Assembly: GCA_964195995.1 (NCBI GenBank)
Contig: CAXMQS010000088.1
Span: forward strand, 10,082 to 74,081
DNA length: 64,000 bases
Reading direction: 5' to 3'
Source of the DNA: an uncultured Acidimicrobiia bacterium
GTDB lineage: Bacteria > Actinomycetota > Acidimicrobiia > Spongiisociales > JAOTWH01
Positions 9,974-18,815 of the stretch are shown piece by piece. Made by a program: the position numbers and the translations under genes. The notes below the pieces were generated by a model. That model was not told the DNA's origin. It made no database searches and was given only the letters and a program-made list of their open reading frames with translations. Numbering within the stretch: position 1 is the first letter of the stretch; the number at the start of each line of letters is the position of its first letter.

Positions 9974-10845
9974 CCGATGAGACGGTCGACGGCCATGGCC
10001 ACGAAGAGGAGCCCGAGGTAGTAGACGGACTCCTTGAAGTAGCGCATGGCTCGATCCGGGCGACGCCACAGCTGGGTTGCGCCCCAGACGAACCATGAAC
10101 CGAGCAATCCCGCGGACAGGCCGTAGATGACGCCAAGCGAGGAAGCGGGAATCAGTGTCAGGGACACGGCGACCGTGGCAATGCTGTAGATCACCATCCG
10201 CCGACGGGTGACGTCCTCGCCGGCGACGACCGGAAGCATCGGAATCCCCGCCCGGGCGTAGTCATCCTTGAAGCGGAGGGCCAACGCCCAGAAGTGTGGA
10301 GGAGTCCACAGGAAGACGACAGCGAACATGAGGTAGGCGGGGAGCTCAACAGTTCCAGTGACGGCCGCCCAGCCAACGAGGGCCGGCACGGCGCCGGCGG
10401 CGCCGCCGATGACGATGTTCTCGACCGTCGTGCGCTTGAGGGCGAACGTATAGACGCCGACGTAAAAGAGCAGCGCTGCGGTCGCCAGAAGAGCAGACAG
10501 CAGGTTGACCGAAACAGTCAGAAGGGCGAAGCCGGCTATGCCGAGCCCGACGCCGATCGCCAACGCCGACGATGTCGACAGGCGATGGGTCGGGAGCGGC
10601 CGACCTGCAGTGCGCTCCATGACGATGTCGACATCACTGTCGAGCACATTGTTCAATGCATTGGCGCCGGCAGCCGAGAGAGTTCCACCCAACACCGTCG
10701 CCACCACGAGCCAGGTGCTCGGCCATCCATCTGCTGCTACGACCATGGCGGGCACCGTCGTCACCAAGAGCAGCTCGATGATGCGTGGTTTCGTCAGCTC
10801 GACCACAGCTCTAAGGCGACGGGCGGGAGCAGCTAGCGACGTCAT
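9970..10845 (-). CDS. ctaB: protoheme IX farnesyltransferase (heme O synthase)
   Basis: LTKPRIIELLLVTT.., a UbiA-family polytopic membrane protein. ATGA overlap with ctaA. Confidence 0.9.
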   Translation of the reverse strand: MTSLAAPARRLRAVVELTKPRIIELLLVTTVPAMVVAADGWPSTWLVVATVLGGTLSAAGANALNNVLDSDVDIVMERTAGRPLPTHRLSTSSALAIGVGLGIAGFALLTVSVNLLSALLATAALLFYVGVYTFALKRTTVENIVIGGAAGAVPALVGWAAVTGTVELPAYLMFAVVFLWTPPHFWALALRFKDDYARAGIPMLPVVAGEDVTRRRMVIYSIATVAVSLTLIPASSLGVIYGLSAGLLGSWFVWGATQLWRRPDRAMRYFKESVYYLGLLFVAMAVDRLIG

Positions 10846-11738
10846 GCCGCCGGCACCCTCTCTACTGCCAGCTCAGCTGCCGTCAACACCACAGCTGAGA
10901 TCCACAGGGCATCAGTGACCACGACATGGACCACCTGCATCCACAACGGGGCACCGAGCGCGAGATTGATGACTCCAACGATCACCTGGACACCGACGAT
11001 GGAGCCGACCAATGCTGCGAGGCTGCCTTGGAAGCCGCGCCTGTCGGCGGCCAATCGCCTGGTGACGACCACGAGATAGACGGCCGTTGCCACCGCCAGG
11101 ATCGGATGCAGTACTCGCAGCCTCACGAGGAAGTGGCTCCCCGAAGAAATGTCGTCGGTGATCGAGGCATCCGGGAACAGGGTGTCGCCGAGGGCCGTGA
11201 GCGCTCCTGCGGCGGCGACAACCAGCAGCGCCCCAAGCCCCCAGACCAGCAGCCGACCCTCGGACGACTGCCGACGAAGACGGATGGGTGGCCCGCCGCC
11301 CGCCCACCATGCCGTCAGGGCGAGCGCAGCAAGCAGGAAGAGAGTGTTTACGAGATGGAAGCCGTCGATGACAGCCCTCGCCACCGAGGTGTCGTCTCCA
11401 ACCCACTCGCCGAGGACGAGAGCGGCTCCGATAGCGACCTCCCCGACCATGAAGAGAAGCGCCGCTCCCGCAGCCCGACGCACCCGTACCACATCGACGC
11501 GACGGGCAAGCATGAAGAGCCAGATCGCAGCAAGGAAGGCCAACCCCGACGTCAGTCTGTGGGCGAATTCGATGATCGATTCGGTCGTGCCTTCCGGTAC
11601 GACCGACCCGTTGCACTGCGGCCAGTGAGAGCCGCAGCCAGCGCCCGAACCAGTCGCCCGCACGATGGCGCCGCCGGCGATCACGGCGACCGATAGGCCG
11701 GTCGCGATCCAGGCATATGTGACGAGACGGCGGGTCAT
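10842..11738 (-). CDS. ctaA: heme A synthase (CtaA/COX15)
   Basis: GSGAGCGSHWPQCNG motif, 8 predicted TM helices with paired His residues, immediately upstream of ctaB. Confidence 0.85.
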   Translation of the reverse strand: MTRRLVTYAWIATGLSVAVIAGGAIVRATGSGAGCGSHWPQCNGSVVPEGTTESIIEFAHRLTSGLAFLAAIWLFMLARRVDVVRVRRAAGAALLFMVGEVAIGAALVLGEWVGDDTSVARAVIDGFHLVNTLFLLAALALTAWWAGGGPPIRLRRQSSEGRLLVWGLGALLVVAAAGALTALGDTLFPDASITDDISSGSHFLVRLRVLHPILAVATAVYLVVVTRRLAADRRGFQGSLAALVGSIVGVQVIVGVINLALGAPLWMQVVHVVVTDALWISAVVLTAAELAVERVPAA

Positions 11739-11810
11739 GAGCGTGAGGCTACCTAGTGGCTTCAGACAGCGAGAGGCCGAGTTCGCGTAGACTGAAGCGA
11801 AAGGAGGAGC

Positions 11811-11900
11811 ATGAAGAAGCTATTCATGCTGGTGTTGCTGATCGGGCTTGCGGTGCTCATGGCCAAGACCCTTTCCGGCGAACACAGCCACACACATTGA
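11811..11900 (+). CDS. 29-aa small membrane peptide with His-rich tail (MKKLFMLVLLIGLAVLMAKTLSGEHSHTH)
   Basis: Not in the ORF track because it is under 60 aa. AAGGAGGAG lies directly upstream of the ATG. One TM helix. Its TGA overlaps a TTG (11897) that restores a canonical ACAD N-terminus. Confidence 0.4.
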   Translation: MKKLFMLVLLIGLAVLMAKTLSGEHSHTH

Positions 11901-13054
11901 CCGACGCCTACCAGCTGTCACCCGAACACCAGGACTTCCGCAAGGTGGTCCGCGAGTTCGCCCTGGACAAGGTCGCCCCGCGAGCCGCAGAGATCGATGC
12001 GACGGGCATCTGGCCTGCAGACCTTCACGCCGAGATGATCAAGATGGACCTCCTCTCGGTGATGTTCGACGAGGAGTCGGGTGGCGCCGGGGCAGACGGC
12101 ATCATCCAGGCAATCGTCGTCGAGGAGCTATCTCGGGTATGTGCCTCGACAGCGATGATCGCCTCGCTGAACAAGTTGGGGATGATCCCCGTGCTATTGC
12201 GAGGAACGGCCGAGCAGAAGGCGGCGTGGATCCCCGGCATCATCGCTGGGGAACACCAAGCCGCATACGGTCTCACCGAGCCAGAGGCAGGCTCAGACGT
12301 CGCCGCGATGCGCACCAAGGCAGTGCACGATGGGGACGAGTGGGTGATCACGGGGTCGAAGCGATTCATCTCCAACGCTGGGGTTGCATCGATCTACACG
12401 ATCTTCGCCAAGACCAACCCAGACGCCGGTGCTCGGGGCATCTCCTGTTTCCTCGTGCCCGCGGCTACGCAGGGCTTCGAGGTTGGCAAGTACGAGGACA
12501 AGATGGGGTTGCGTGGTTCGCCTACCGGCGAGCTGATCTTCAACGAGGTGCGGGTCCCGGCAGATGCCCTGGTCGGCGATGAGGGTGAGGGCATGCGTAT
12601 CGCCATGATGACTCTCGATCGCTCGCGTCCCGGCATCGCCGCCCAGGCTCTCGGCATCGCCCAAGGGGCATTGGACCTGGCCCTTGAATACGCCAAGGAA
12701 CGACGACAGTTCGATCGGCCCATTATCGACTTCCAGGCCGTCGGCTTCATGCTGGCTGACATGGACATCCAGATAAGCGCAGCTCGCCACCTTGTCTACG
12801 AGGCCCACGCCATGGCCGATCGCGACGATCCCGAGCTCACGCGTGTCGCCGCCATCGCCAAGTGCTTCGCCTCGGACACGGCCATGGAGGTGACCACCAA
12901 CGCCGTCCAGGTGCTCGGCGGCTACGGCTACATCAAGGACTTCCCGGCGGAGCGCTACATGCGAGACGCCAAGATCACCCAGCTCTACGAGGGAACCAAC
13001 CAGATCCAGCGCGTCGTCATCTCCCGCCGCCTGGCGGACCGCAAGACCATCTAG
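11897..13054 (+). CDS. acyl-CoA dehydrogenase
   Basis: The tracked N-terminus (11756) is low-complexity and spans the small ORF. The TTG at 11897 gives (M)TDAYQLSPEHQDFRKVVREF, a typical ACAD start, and the C-terminus has YEGTNQIQR. Confidence 0.85.
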   Translation: MTDAYQLSPEHQDFRKVVREFALDKVAPRAAEIDATGIWPADLHAEMIKMDLLSVMFDEESGGAGADGIIQAIVVEELSRVCASTAMIASLNKLGMIPVLLRGTAEQKAAWIPGIIAGEHQAAYGLTEPEAGSDVAAMRTKAVHDGDEWVITGSKRFISNAGVASIYTIFAKTNPDAGARGISCFLVPAATQGFEVGKYEDKMGLRGSPTGELIFNEVRVPADALVGDEGEGMRIAMMTLDRSRPGIAAQALGIAQGALDLALEYAKERRQFDRPIIDFQAVGFMLADMDIQISAARHLVYEAHAMADRDDPELTRVAAIAKCFASDTAMEVTTNAVQVLGGYGYIKDFPAERYMRDAKITQLYEGTNQIQRVVISRRLADRKTI

Positions 13055-13062
13055 GGCCTGGA

Positions 13063-13962
13063 CTAGCCGGTGAACTCGATGATGGCCTTGGCGATGTCGT
13101 CGCCGTGCGTGAGCACAGCCTCGTGCTTGGCGGCAGGCAGCTCGACCACCTTGGCCGCCAGCAGCTCGGCGAGCTCCCGCTGGCGGTGTGGAGGAACCAG
13201 CTGATCTGACGTCGGAATGATGACGAGAGACGGAACGTCGAGGTCGGCTGCCCACGCTCGTGAGTCGAAGTGCCAGATGGCGGCGCCCGACTCGAACGAC
13301 AGTGTCGAGTCGCGATCGAGCAGGCCCTCCCATAACCAGCGGGCGTGCTCGGGCTCGACGGCACCGCTCTTGAGGAGGTAGCGGTGCGTCGCCCTCGCCC
13401 ACTCAATGAGGGAAACGCGTCCGAGGCCTCGGGCGATAGCGAAGACCACGCGCGTTGCCAGCCGCCGCCTCGGGATCGGGAAGGCGGCCGTGGCTCCGAG
13501 CGCCAAGCTCGCGACCTTCTCGGGATGTCTCCTGGCGAGTGACTGGGCCACCATGCCGCCCATCGAGTAGCCGGCGACCGCAACTCTCCCCAACTCCAGA
13601 GCGTCCATGACTCCTGCGGCGTCGTCGGCGAGGTCCTCTATAGAGAACGAGCCCCGGATCCGCGCCGTGCCTCCGTGATTGCGCTGATCCATGAGGATGA
13701 GGCGGAAGTGGTCGCCGAGGGGCTCGATCGTCCGATACCACGTAGCGATGCTGGCGTAGCCCCAGCCGTGCAGCATGAAGAGAACGGGACCCTCAGGATT
13801 CCCGGCCTCGCGGATGAAGAACTCACGGTCTCCGACGAAGACCGACCTGCCTCGCAGCCTGGCGGGGTGGCGCTGCGGAGCCCGGAACCGGGGGACGAAC
13901 TCGGGGCCGAACAGGCGCCAGCCGACCCATCCACCAAGCAACATCCCTGCGAGCTTCTTCAT
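13063..13962 (-). CDS. alpha/beta hydrolase
   Basis: HGWG oxyanion region and nucleophile elbow GYSMGG. Confidence 0.8.
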   Translation of the reverse strand: MKKLAGMLLGGWVGWRLFGPEFVPRFRAPQRHPARLRGRSVFVGDREFFIREAGNPEGPVLFMLHGWGYASIATWYRTIEPLGDHFRLILMDQRNHGGTARIRGSFSIEDLADDAAGVMDALELGRVAVAGYSMGGMVAQSLARRHPEKVASLALGATAAFPIPRRRLATRVVFAIARGLGRVSLIEWARATHRYLLKSGAVEPEHARWLWEGLLDRDSTLSFESGAAIWHFDSRAWAADLDVPSLVIIPTSDQLVPPHRQRELAELLAAKVVELPAAKHEAVLTHGDDIAKAIIEFTG

Positions 13963-13972
13963 CGCCGCGAGG

Positions 13973-15157
13973 TTAGACGTCGCGTCTCAGCTGAGCTACG
14001 GGGCGACGCGCCTTGTCTCGCATGAACAACCCAACGACGGCTGCGGCCAGCAGCAATCCCGCCGCGATATTGAAGCCCATGGTGAAATCACCGGTGTCGG
14101 CGACCGATCCCAACCAGACGGGTCCGACGATGAGGCCAAGGTCGCCGGCCATCCGATACATGCCAACGGCCGATCCCTCCGCACCCTCAGGGGCAAGATC
14201 GCCCGCGAGCGTCGGCGGGACGATCCCGGCAACGCCGGCAACTACTCCGAAGACGATCGAAACGCCGAGCAGCCCTCCGTACGTCGTCATCTGCCCATAA
14301 GCGGCCACCGTCACGGCGGTCAGGGCCATGCCGGCGACCAAGACCGGACGCCGACCAACGCGATCGACAAGCCAGCCTCCTGGGTTGATGATCAGCACCG
14401 TCACCAGCGCGGAGATGGCAAGCACATCACCGATCTGTGACGCGGAGAGTCCTAGCTCCTCAGATCCGAACAAGGGAAGCAGCGTTACGCGGGCCCCCGC
14501 CCGCATCACGAACATGGCGAAGGCAACGAATAGCAATCCAGCAAAGGCTGGGGTACGGATCGTCGATCCAGCGGACCTCCACAATTCGCCAAGCGACTTG
14601 CCCGATGGCGGCACGTCTTCAACGAAACGCCACGAGATGTAGGCAACGATCACCCCCATGAAGGCGTATATCCAGAACGGTGTCGCGAAGTCGCCTAGCT
14701 CAGCCGCCCTGCCACCGATGAAGGGTCCAACGGCGACTCCCCCGAGGAGGCCCGTCTGGAAGAACGCTATCTCTCTGCCCATGCGGTCCTTGGGCGCCCG
14801 TGTGATGATCGTGTGCATCGCGGCAGTGCCGAACGCCGCTGAACCGAAGCCCTCTATGACCCGTGCCACCACCAGAACGGCGTAGTTGGGAGCCAGTGCT
14901 GCCAGCACCGATGACACTGCAACCACGATTCCACCAAAGGTCATGATCCGTCGGGGGCCGAGGCGGTCAGCAGCGACGCCGCCGATGGGATCGAATAGAA
15001 GCCGGGCCACCGCGAAACTCGAGACGAGCGCCCCCGCTCCCGTTCTGCTCACGCCGAACTCCCTGGCGTACAGAGGGAGGATGGGAGCGACGAGAGCGAT
15101 GCCCATCATCGTCAAGAACACCCCGACGGTCAGGATGCGGGTGTTGCGCGACGGCAT
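13973..15157 (-). CDS. MFS transporter
   Basis: 12-TM profile with the motif-A-like sequence GGVAADRLGPRR. Its start directly abuts the selD stop. Confidence 0.85.
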   Translation of the reverse strand: MPSRNTRILTVGVFLTMMGIALVAPILPLYAREFGVSRTGAGALVSSFAVARLLFDPIGGVAADRLGPRRIMTFGGIVVAVSSVLAALAPNYAVLVVARVIEGFGSAAFGTAAMHTIITRAPKDRMGREIAFFQTGLLGGVAVGPFIGGRAAELGDFATPFWIYAFMGVIVAYISWRFVEDVPPSGKSLGELWRSAGSTIRTPAFAGLLFVAFAMFVMRAGARVTLLPLFGSEELGLSASQIGDVLAISALVTVLIINPGGWLVDRVGRRPVLVAGMALTAVTVAAYGQMTTYGGLLGVSIVFGVVAGVAGIVPPTLAGDLAPEGAEGSAVGMYRMAGDLGLIVGPVWLGSVADTGDFTMGFNIAAGLLLAAAVVGLFMRDKARRPVAQLRRDV

Positions 15158-16180
15158 CTAGTAGACGGAAATTCCGCTGCCCGCCCGCAGGCGTCCGATG
15201 ATGGCTGCTGGCTCACCGAGCTCAGCCACGATCGTCGCGGCACCGGCCTCATCGGTGGCGATGAGGAGGCCGCCACTGGTCTGAGCGTCGGCCAGCAAGA
15301 CCCTGTCGACCTCGTCTGTGGCTCCGAAGTCGGTGAACCCCTCTGCGAATGTCAGATTGCGCTTGGTTCCCCCTGGAACGAAACCCTCGACCACCAGTTG
15401 ACGGACCCCGGGAAGAAGCGGGACAGACGCGCTGTCGATGTCTGCTCCAAGCCCCGAAGCCGTAATGAGCTCTCCGAGGTGTCCGAGGAGCCCGAAGCCG
15501 GTGACGTCCGTGGCGGTTACCACGCCGACTCCCAGCATGGCATCTCGCGCCGCGGAATTGAGGGTTGCCATCCAGTCGGTAGCGAGTTTCTCGAGCTCGC
15601 CGTCGATGGCGCCACGCTTGAGCGCCGTCGAAACGATGCCGGTGCCTATCGGCTTGGTTAGCACAAGTACCTGGCCGGCGGTTCCGCCACGATTGGTGAC
15701 TATGCGGTTGGGGTGAACAGTTCCGGTAACGGCCAGACCGAACTTCGGCTCGGGATCATCGACAGAGTGACCACCGACGAGGGTGCACTGCGCGTCAACG
15801 AGGACACTGGCGGAGCCTGCCAGTACGTCGGTCAGCAGCTCGAAGGGGAGCGTGTCGCGTGGCCAGCCGACCATCTGCATCGCCGTCAACGGCGTTGCGC
15901 CCATCGCATAGATATCCGAGAGCGCGTTGACCGCGGCGATGCGACCCCAGTCGAACGCGTCGTCGACGATAGGGGTGAAGAAGTCAACCGATTGCACCAA
16001 CGCCACCTCGGCGTTCAACCGGTAGACCCCGGCGTCATCGGCGTTGTCGAGTCCGACCAAGAGGTCGGGATGTCGTATCGCCGGGTTGTTGTCCAAAGGG
16101 CGCAGAACCTGCGCCAACTCGTCAGGTGCGAGCTTGCACGCTCAACCGGCGCCGTGGGAGTAGGCCGTCAGCTTGACCAC
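15158..16180 (-). CDS. selD: selenide, water dikinase (selenophosphate synthetase), Sec-containing form
   Basis: Extended 63 nt beyond the tracked start: GTG 16180, then ..LTAYSHGAG-TGA(16144..16142)-ACKLAPDEL. This matches the E. coli SelD sequence LTQYSHGAGCGCK. AGGAGG lies 4 nt upstream of the GTG. Confidence 0.85.
16100..16114 (-). promoter_or_regulatory. candidate SECIS apical hairpin for selD
   Basis: GCGCAG-GUU-CUGCGC (6-bp stem) starts 27 nt after the UGA. Confidence 0.3.
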
Positions 16181-16304
16181 ATCACCTCCTCTTTGCGGCG
16201 GCGAGTGTACGGGTTCGACAAGAGCGCGAACGCTGACCCCTTGCTAAGGGTCGCGGAAGAGATACCATCGCTGCCAACGGGATGCCATCGTGTATCCGGT
16301 TCCA

Positions 16305-16396
16305 GGCACGGGCGTCTCCTCCTCCCCCTTGGAGACACCCGAAAGCCTCTGAAACAGGCCCTCTTCTCCCCCCCCTAGAGGGCCTGTTTCTCTGTC
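16305..16396 (+). ncRNA. 6C-like small RNA candidate (two hairpins with C-rich loops); strand not resolved
   Basis: Hairpin 1: 16311-16339, loop UCCUCCCCCUU. Hairpin 2: 16351-16390, perfect 13-bp stem, loop UUCUCCCCCCCCUA, followed by UCUCUGU. It lies in the selD/mgtE divergent spacer. Confidence 0.35.
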
Positions 16397-16516
16397 CGGA
16401 GAGGCTGAGAGCGGACCCTGCCAGAGGCCGACTTCATCGGCGTCGCTCATGTTCGAGGCTGACTCGGCCGGCTCGAAGCTCATAGCTTCATAGCTCATCG
16501 CTCCTAGCCTTACCCC

Positions 16517-17893
16517 ATGCGCTTGCGCCTCCGACGCCCCCGTGATCTAGCTGTCGCTCTTCGCGAGCTGGCGAGGCGCCGTCCCCGCGAGGCCGAGGGG
16601 TACCTAGAGGACCACGCCGAGGAGTGGGAATCCATGGCGGAAGCCGACCCGGCGACGGCGGCCGACATCCTGGAGGCCGTTGGGCAAGAGGCGACGGTCG
16701 ATCTGCTGACCGACCTGGACCCAACCGAAGCCGCCGAAGTGTTGTCTGAGATGCGCTTGGACGCCGCCGCCGAAGCTCTGACCGAGTTTCCCGGCGAGTT
16801 CTCGGCTCGCATTGTCGAGGCCATGAGCGCCGCCGAAGCCGCGGACGTCATCGGCGTCATCGACCCTGCCGACCGACCGAAGGTATTGGAGCAGGTCGCA
16901 GACAAGGCAACCGACGAAGTCCTGGCGTTGCTCGCCTATCCGCCGGACAGCGCAGGTGGTCTGATGACCACGGAGTTCGCCGCCATCCAGATCGGGCTCA
17001 CCGCTGGAGAAGCGATCGAGGCCCTGCGTCGTCTGCAGGAAGACGTAGGCCAGCTGACCTACGTCTACATCACTGATCACGACCAACGCCTCCACGGCGT
17101 GCTGTCCTTCCGCGACCTGGTCTTTGCCCGGCCGGGGACCGGTATCGACGAGGCGATGGTCGCCAACCCTGTCGCCGTCCGGCCCGAGACGGATCGCGAG
17201 GAGGTCGCCGAACTCATCCAGCGCTACGGGCTGCTGTCACTTCCTGTTGTCGACTTCCGAGGCCGGCTACTCGGCATCGTGACGGTCGACGAGATCCTCG
17301 AAGCAGTGCAGGAGGAAGCCGTAGAGGACATCGCCGTCATGGTTGGTGCCGGTGTAAGTGAAACCGTCCACACGACCGTCGCCCGCTCGGTACGCAATCG
17401 ATTCCCTTGGATCGTCGTCAACCTCGGCATCGCGTTCCTCGTCGCCGTCGTCGTTAGCCGTTTCGAACCGGTGATCTCACGCACTGCGGTACTTGCCGCA
17501 TACATGCCGGTAGTGGCAGCTGTCGGAGGCAACGGAGGGGCGCAGAGCCTGGCCATCGTCATCAGGGCCCTCGCCACCGGCGACCTGCCAGAACACCGCT
17601 CCCTCCGGGTTGTCGGCAACCAGGCGCTAATCGGAGCCATCAACGGCCTGGCGGTAGCCGCGACAGCCTCGATCATCGCCTTCATATTCACCGACTCGGC
17701 AGAGATCGCGTTCGTCATCGGAATCGCCGCCCTTGCCAACATGATCGCGGCAGGCGCCGCCGGAGCGGCCATACCGATGCTCTTGCAGAGGTACGGACAG
17801 GATCCGGCGCTGGCCTCGAACATCTTTCTTACGCTCGTCACCGACATCGTGGGCTTCGGAGGGTTCCTGGCCATCGCCACACTTCTGCTCTAG
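16517..17893 (+). CDS. mgtE: magnesium transporter MgtE
   Basis: MgtE N-domain, tandem CBS region and a C-terminal 5-TM domain with VGGNGGAQS. Confidence 0.9.
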   Translation: MRLRLRRPRDLAVALRELARRRPREAEGYLEDHAEEWESMAEADPATAADILEAVGQEATVDLLTDLDPTEAAEVLSEMRLDAAAEALTEFPGEFSARIVEAMSAAEAADVIGVIDPADRPKVLEQVADKATDEVLALLAYPPDSAGGLMTTEFAAIQIGLTAGEAIEALRRLQEDVGQLTYVYITDHDQRLHGVLSFRDLVFARPGTGIDEAMVANPVAVRPETDREEVAELIQRYGLLSLPVVDFRGRLLGIVTVDEILEAVQEEAVEDIAVMVGAGVSETVHTTVARSVRNRFPWIVVNLGIAFLVAVVVSRFEPVISRTAVLAAYMPVVAAVGGNGGAQSLAIVIRALATGDLPEHRSLRVVGNQALIGAINGLAVAATASIIAFIFTDSAEIAFVIGIAALANMIAAGAAGAAIPMLLQRYGQDPALASNIFLTLVTDIVGFGGFLAIATLLL

Positions 17894-18390
17894 GAGCCGA
17901 GGATCACTTCTCCTACGTCGGCGAAGGGTCCGAGGTAGACCATTCTGAATCCGTCCTCCAACCGAAGGAAGTAGTGCAGGTCGAGCAGTGCCTGCTCTCC
18001 GACCGATACCGAGTCGGCGAGAACGAGTTGTGTTACGGCCGTGTCGTCGATGATGTGCAAGCCATTGACGGGCGGGAATCGCTCGACCATCTCACCAACG
18101 AGGTTCTGAAGATCGATGTCCGTGTAGGTGCCAGCGGGAACGGCAACCACGAGAACGTCGTCATCCGTGCGCTCGACGATCGTGAACTCGGGAAACGAGA
18201 AGCCGGGCCCAGTGGTTGGGGTCACGGCTGACGTCGTGCCTGGGGTGTTGTCTGCGGCGACGGTGGCTGGGGTCGTGGTGACGACGGGCGGCGCTGCGGT
18301 CGTCTGCGTGGTGGTCGTCGCTCCGCTGCTGTCACCGCACGCCGAGACGATGGCGAGGCAAGAAACGAAGATCGCTAGCCGAACAGCCAT
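17890..18390 (-). CDS. lipoprotein of unknown function
   Basis: Signal peptide with lipobox LAIVSAC, followed by a Thr/Pro-rich linker. Confidence 0.7.
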   Translation of the reverse strand: MAVRLAIFVSCLAIVSACGDSSGATTTTQTTAAPPVVTTTPATVAADNTPGTTSAVTPTTGPGFSFPEFTIVERTDDDVLVVAVPAGTYTDIDLQNLVGEMVERFPPVNGLHIIDDTAVTQLVLADSVSVGEQALLDLHYFLRLEDGFRMVYLGPFADVGEVILGS

Positions 18391-18413
18391 ACGGCGAGCC
18401 TACCGCCGGGCGG

Positions 18414-18815
18414 TCAGCGCGTTTTCAGCCAGTCGTCGTAACTCGTGCCCTCCAGCCACGGCACGCTGTTCACCATGCGGTAGCGACGTCGGACCTCGTC
18501 GAACGCCTCGGGGTCGGCCGATGACTCGAGGTCCAACATGGCGAGTCGAAGTCCCGGATCCCAACCCATCCCACCAAGGGCCTGGTCAACGGCCATCTCC
18601 CAATCTTGGGGTGGTTGCTGGTCGATCCAGTATTTGCGAATGCGCCTCCCGTTGCGCATCCCGGAGCGCACCTGCTTCAGCACCTCCCGAGAGAGTGCCT
18701 CCCCTTCCGATGCGATCTCCGCGACCCATTCCGCGAGGCGTTCATCGGTCCAGCCCCGTGGGTCAGAGACGATGGATTCGTAGAGGGCATCAACGGCACG
18801 CGCCAAACGAAGCAA
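18414..18815 (-). CDS. hypothetical cytoplasmic protein
   Basis: 133-aa ORF abutting the upstream aminotransferase stop. No motif recognised. Confidence 0.55.
   Translation of the reverse strand: MLRLARAVDALYESIVSDPRGWTDERLAEWVAEIASEGEALSREVLKQVRSGMRNGRRIRKYWIDQQPPQDWEMAVDQALGGMGWDPGLRLAMLDLESSADPEAFDEVRRRYRMVNSVPWLEGTSYDDWLKTR

Noticed and set aside
16244-16498. 84-aa ORF (MSYEAMSFEPAESA..) upstream of selD
   Set aside because: It runs straight through both strong hairpins of the 6C-like element. Its AGGAG is only 2 nt from the ATG, and I recognised no motif in the product. It is more likely non-coding.
16181-16516. Search for tRNA-Sec (selC) next to selD
   Set aside because: I found no 8-bp acceptor pairing, no T-loop GGTTCGA context, and no 7-nt anticodon loop with UCA flanked by a proper stem. 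The GACTTCATC and GTTTCAGA candidates both fail stem pairing.
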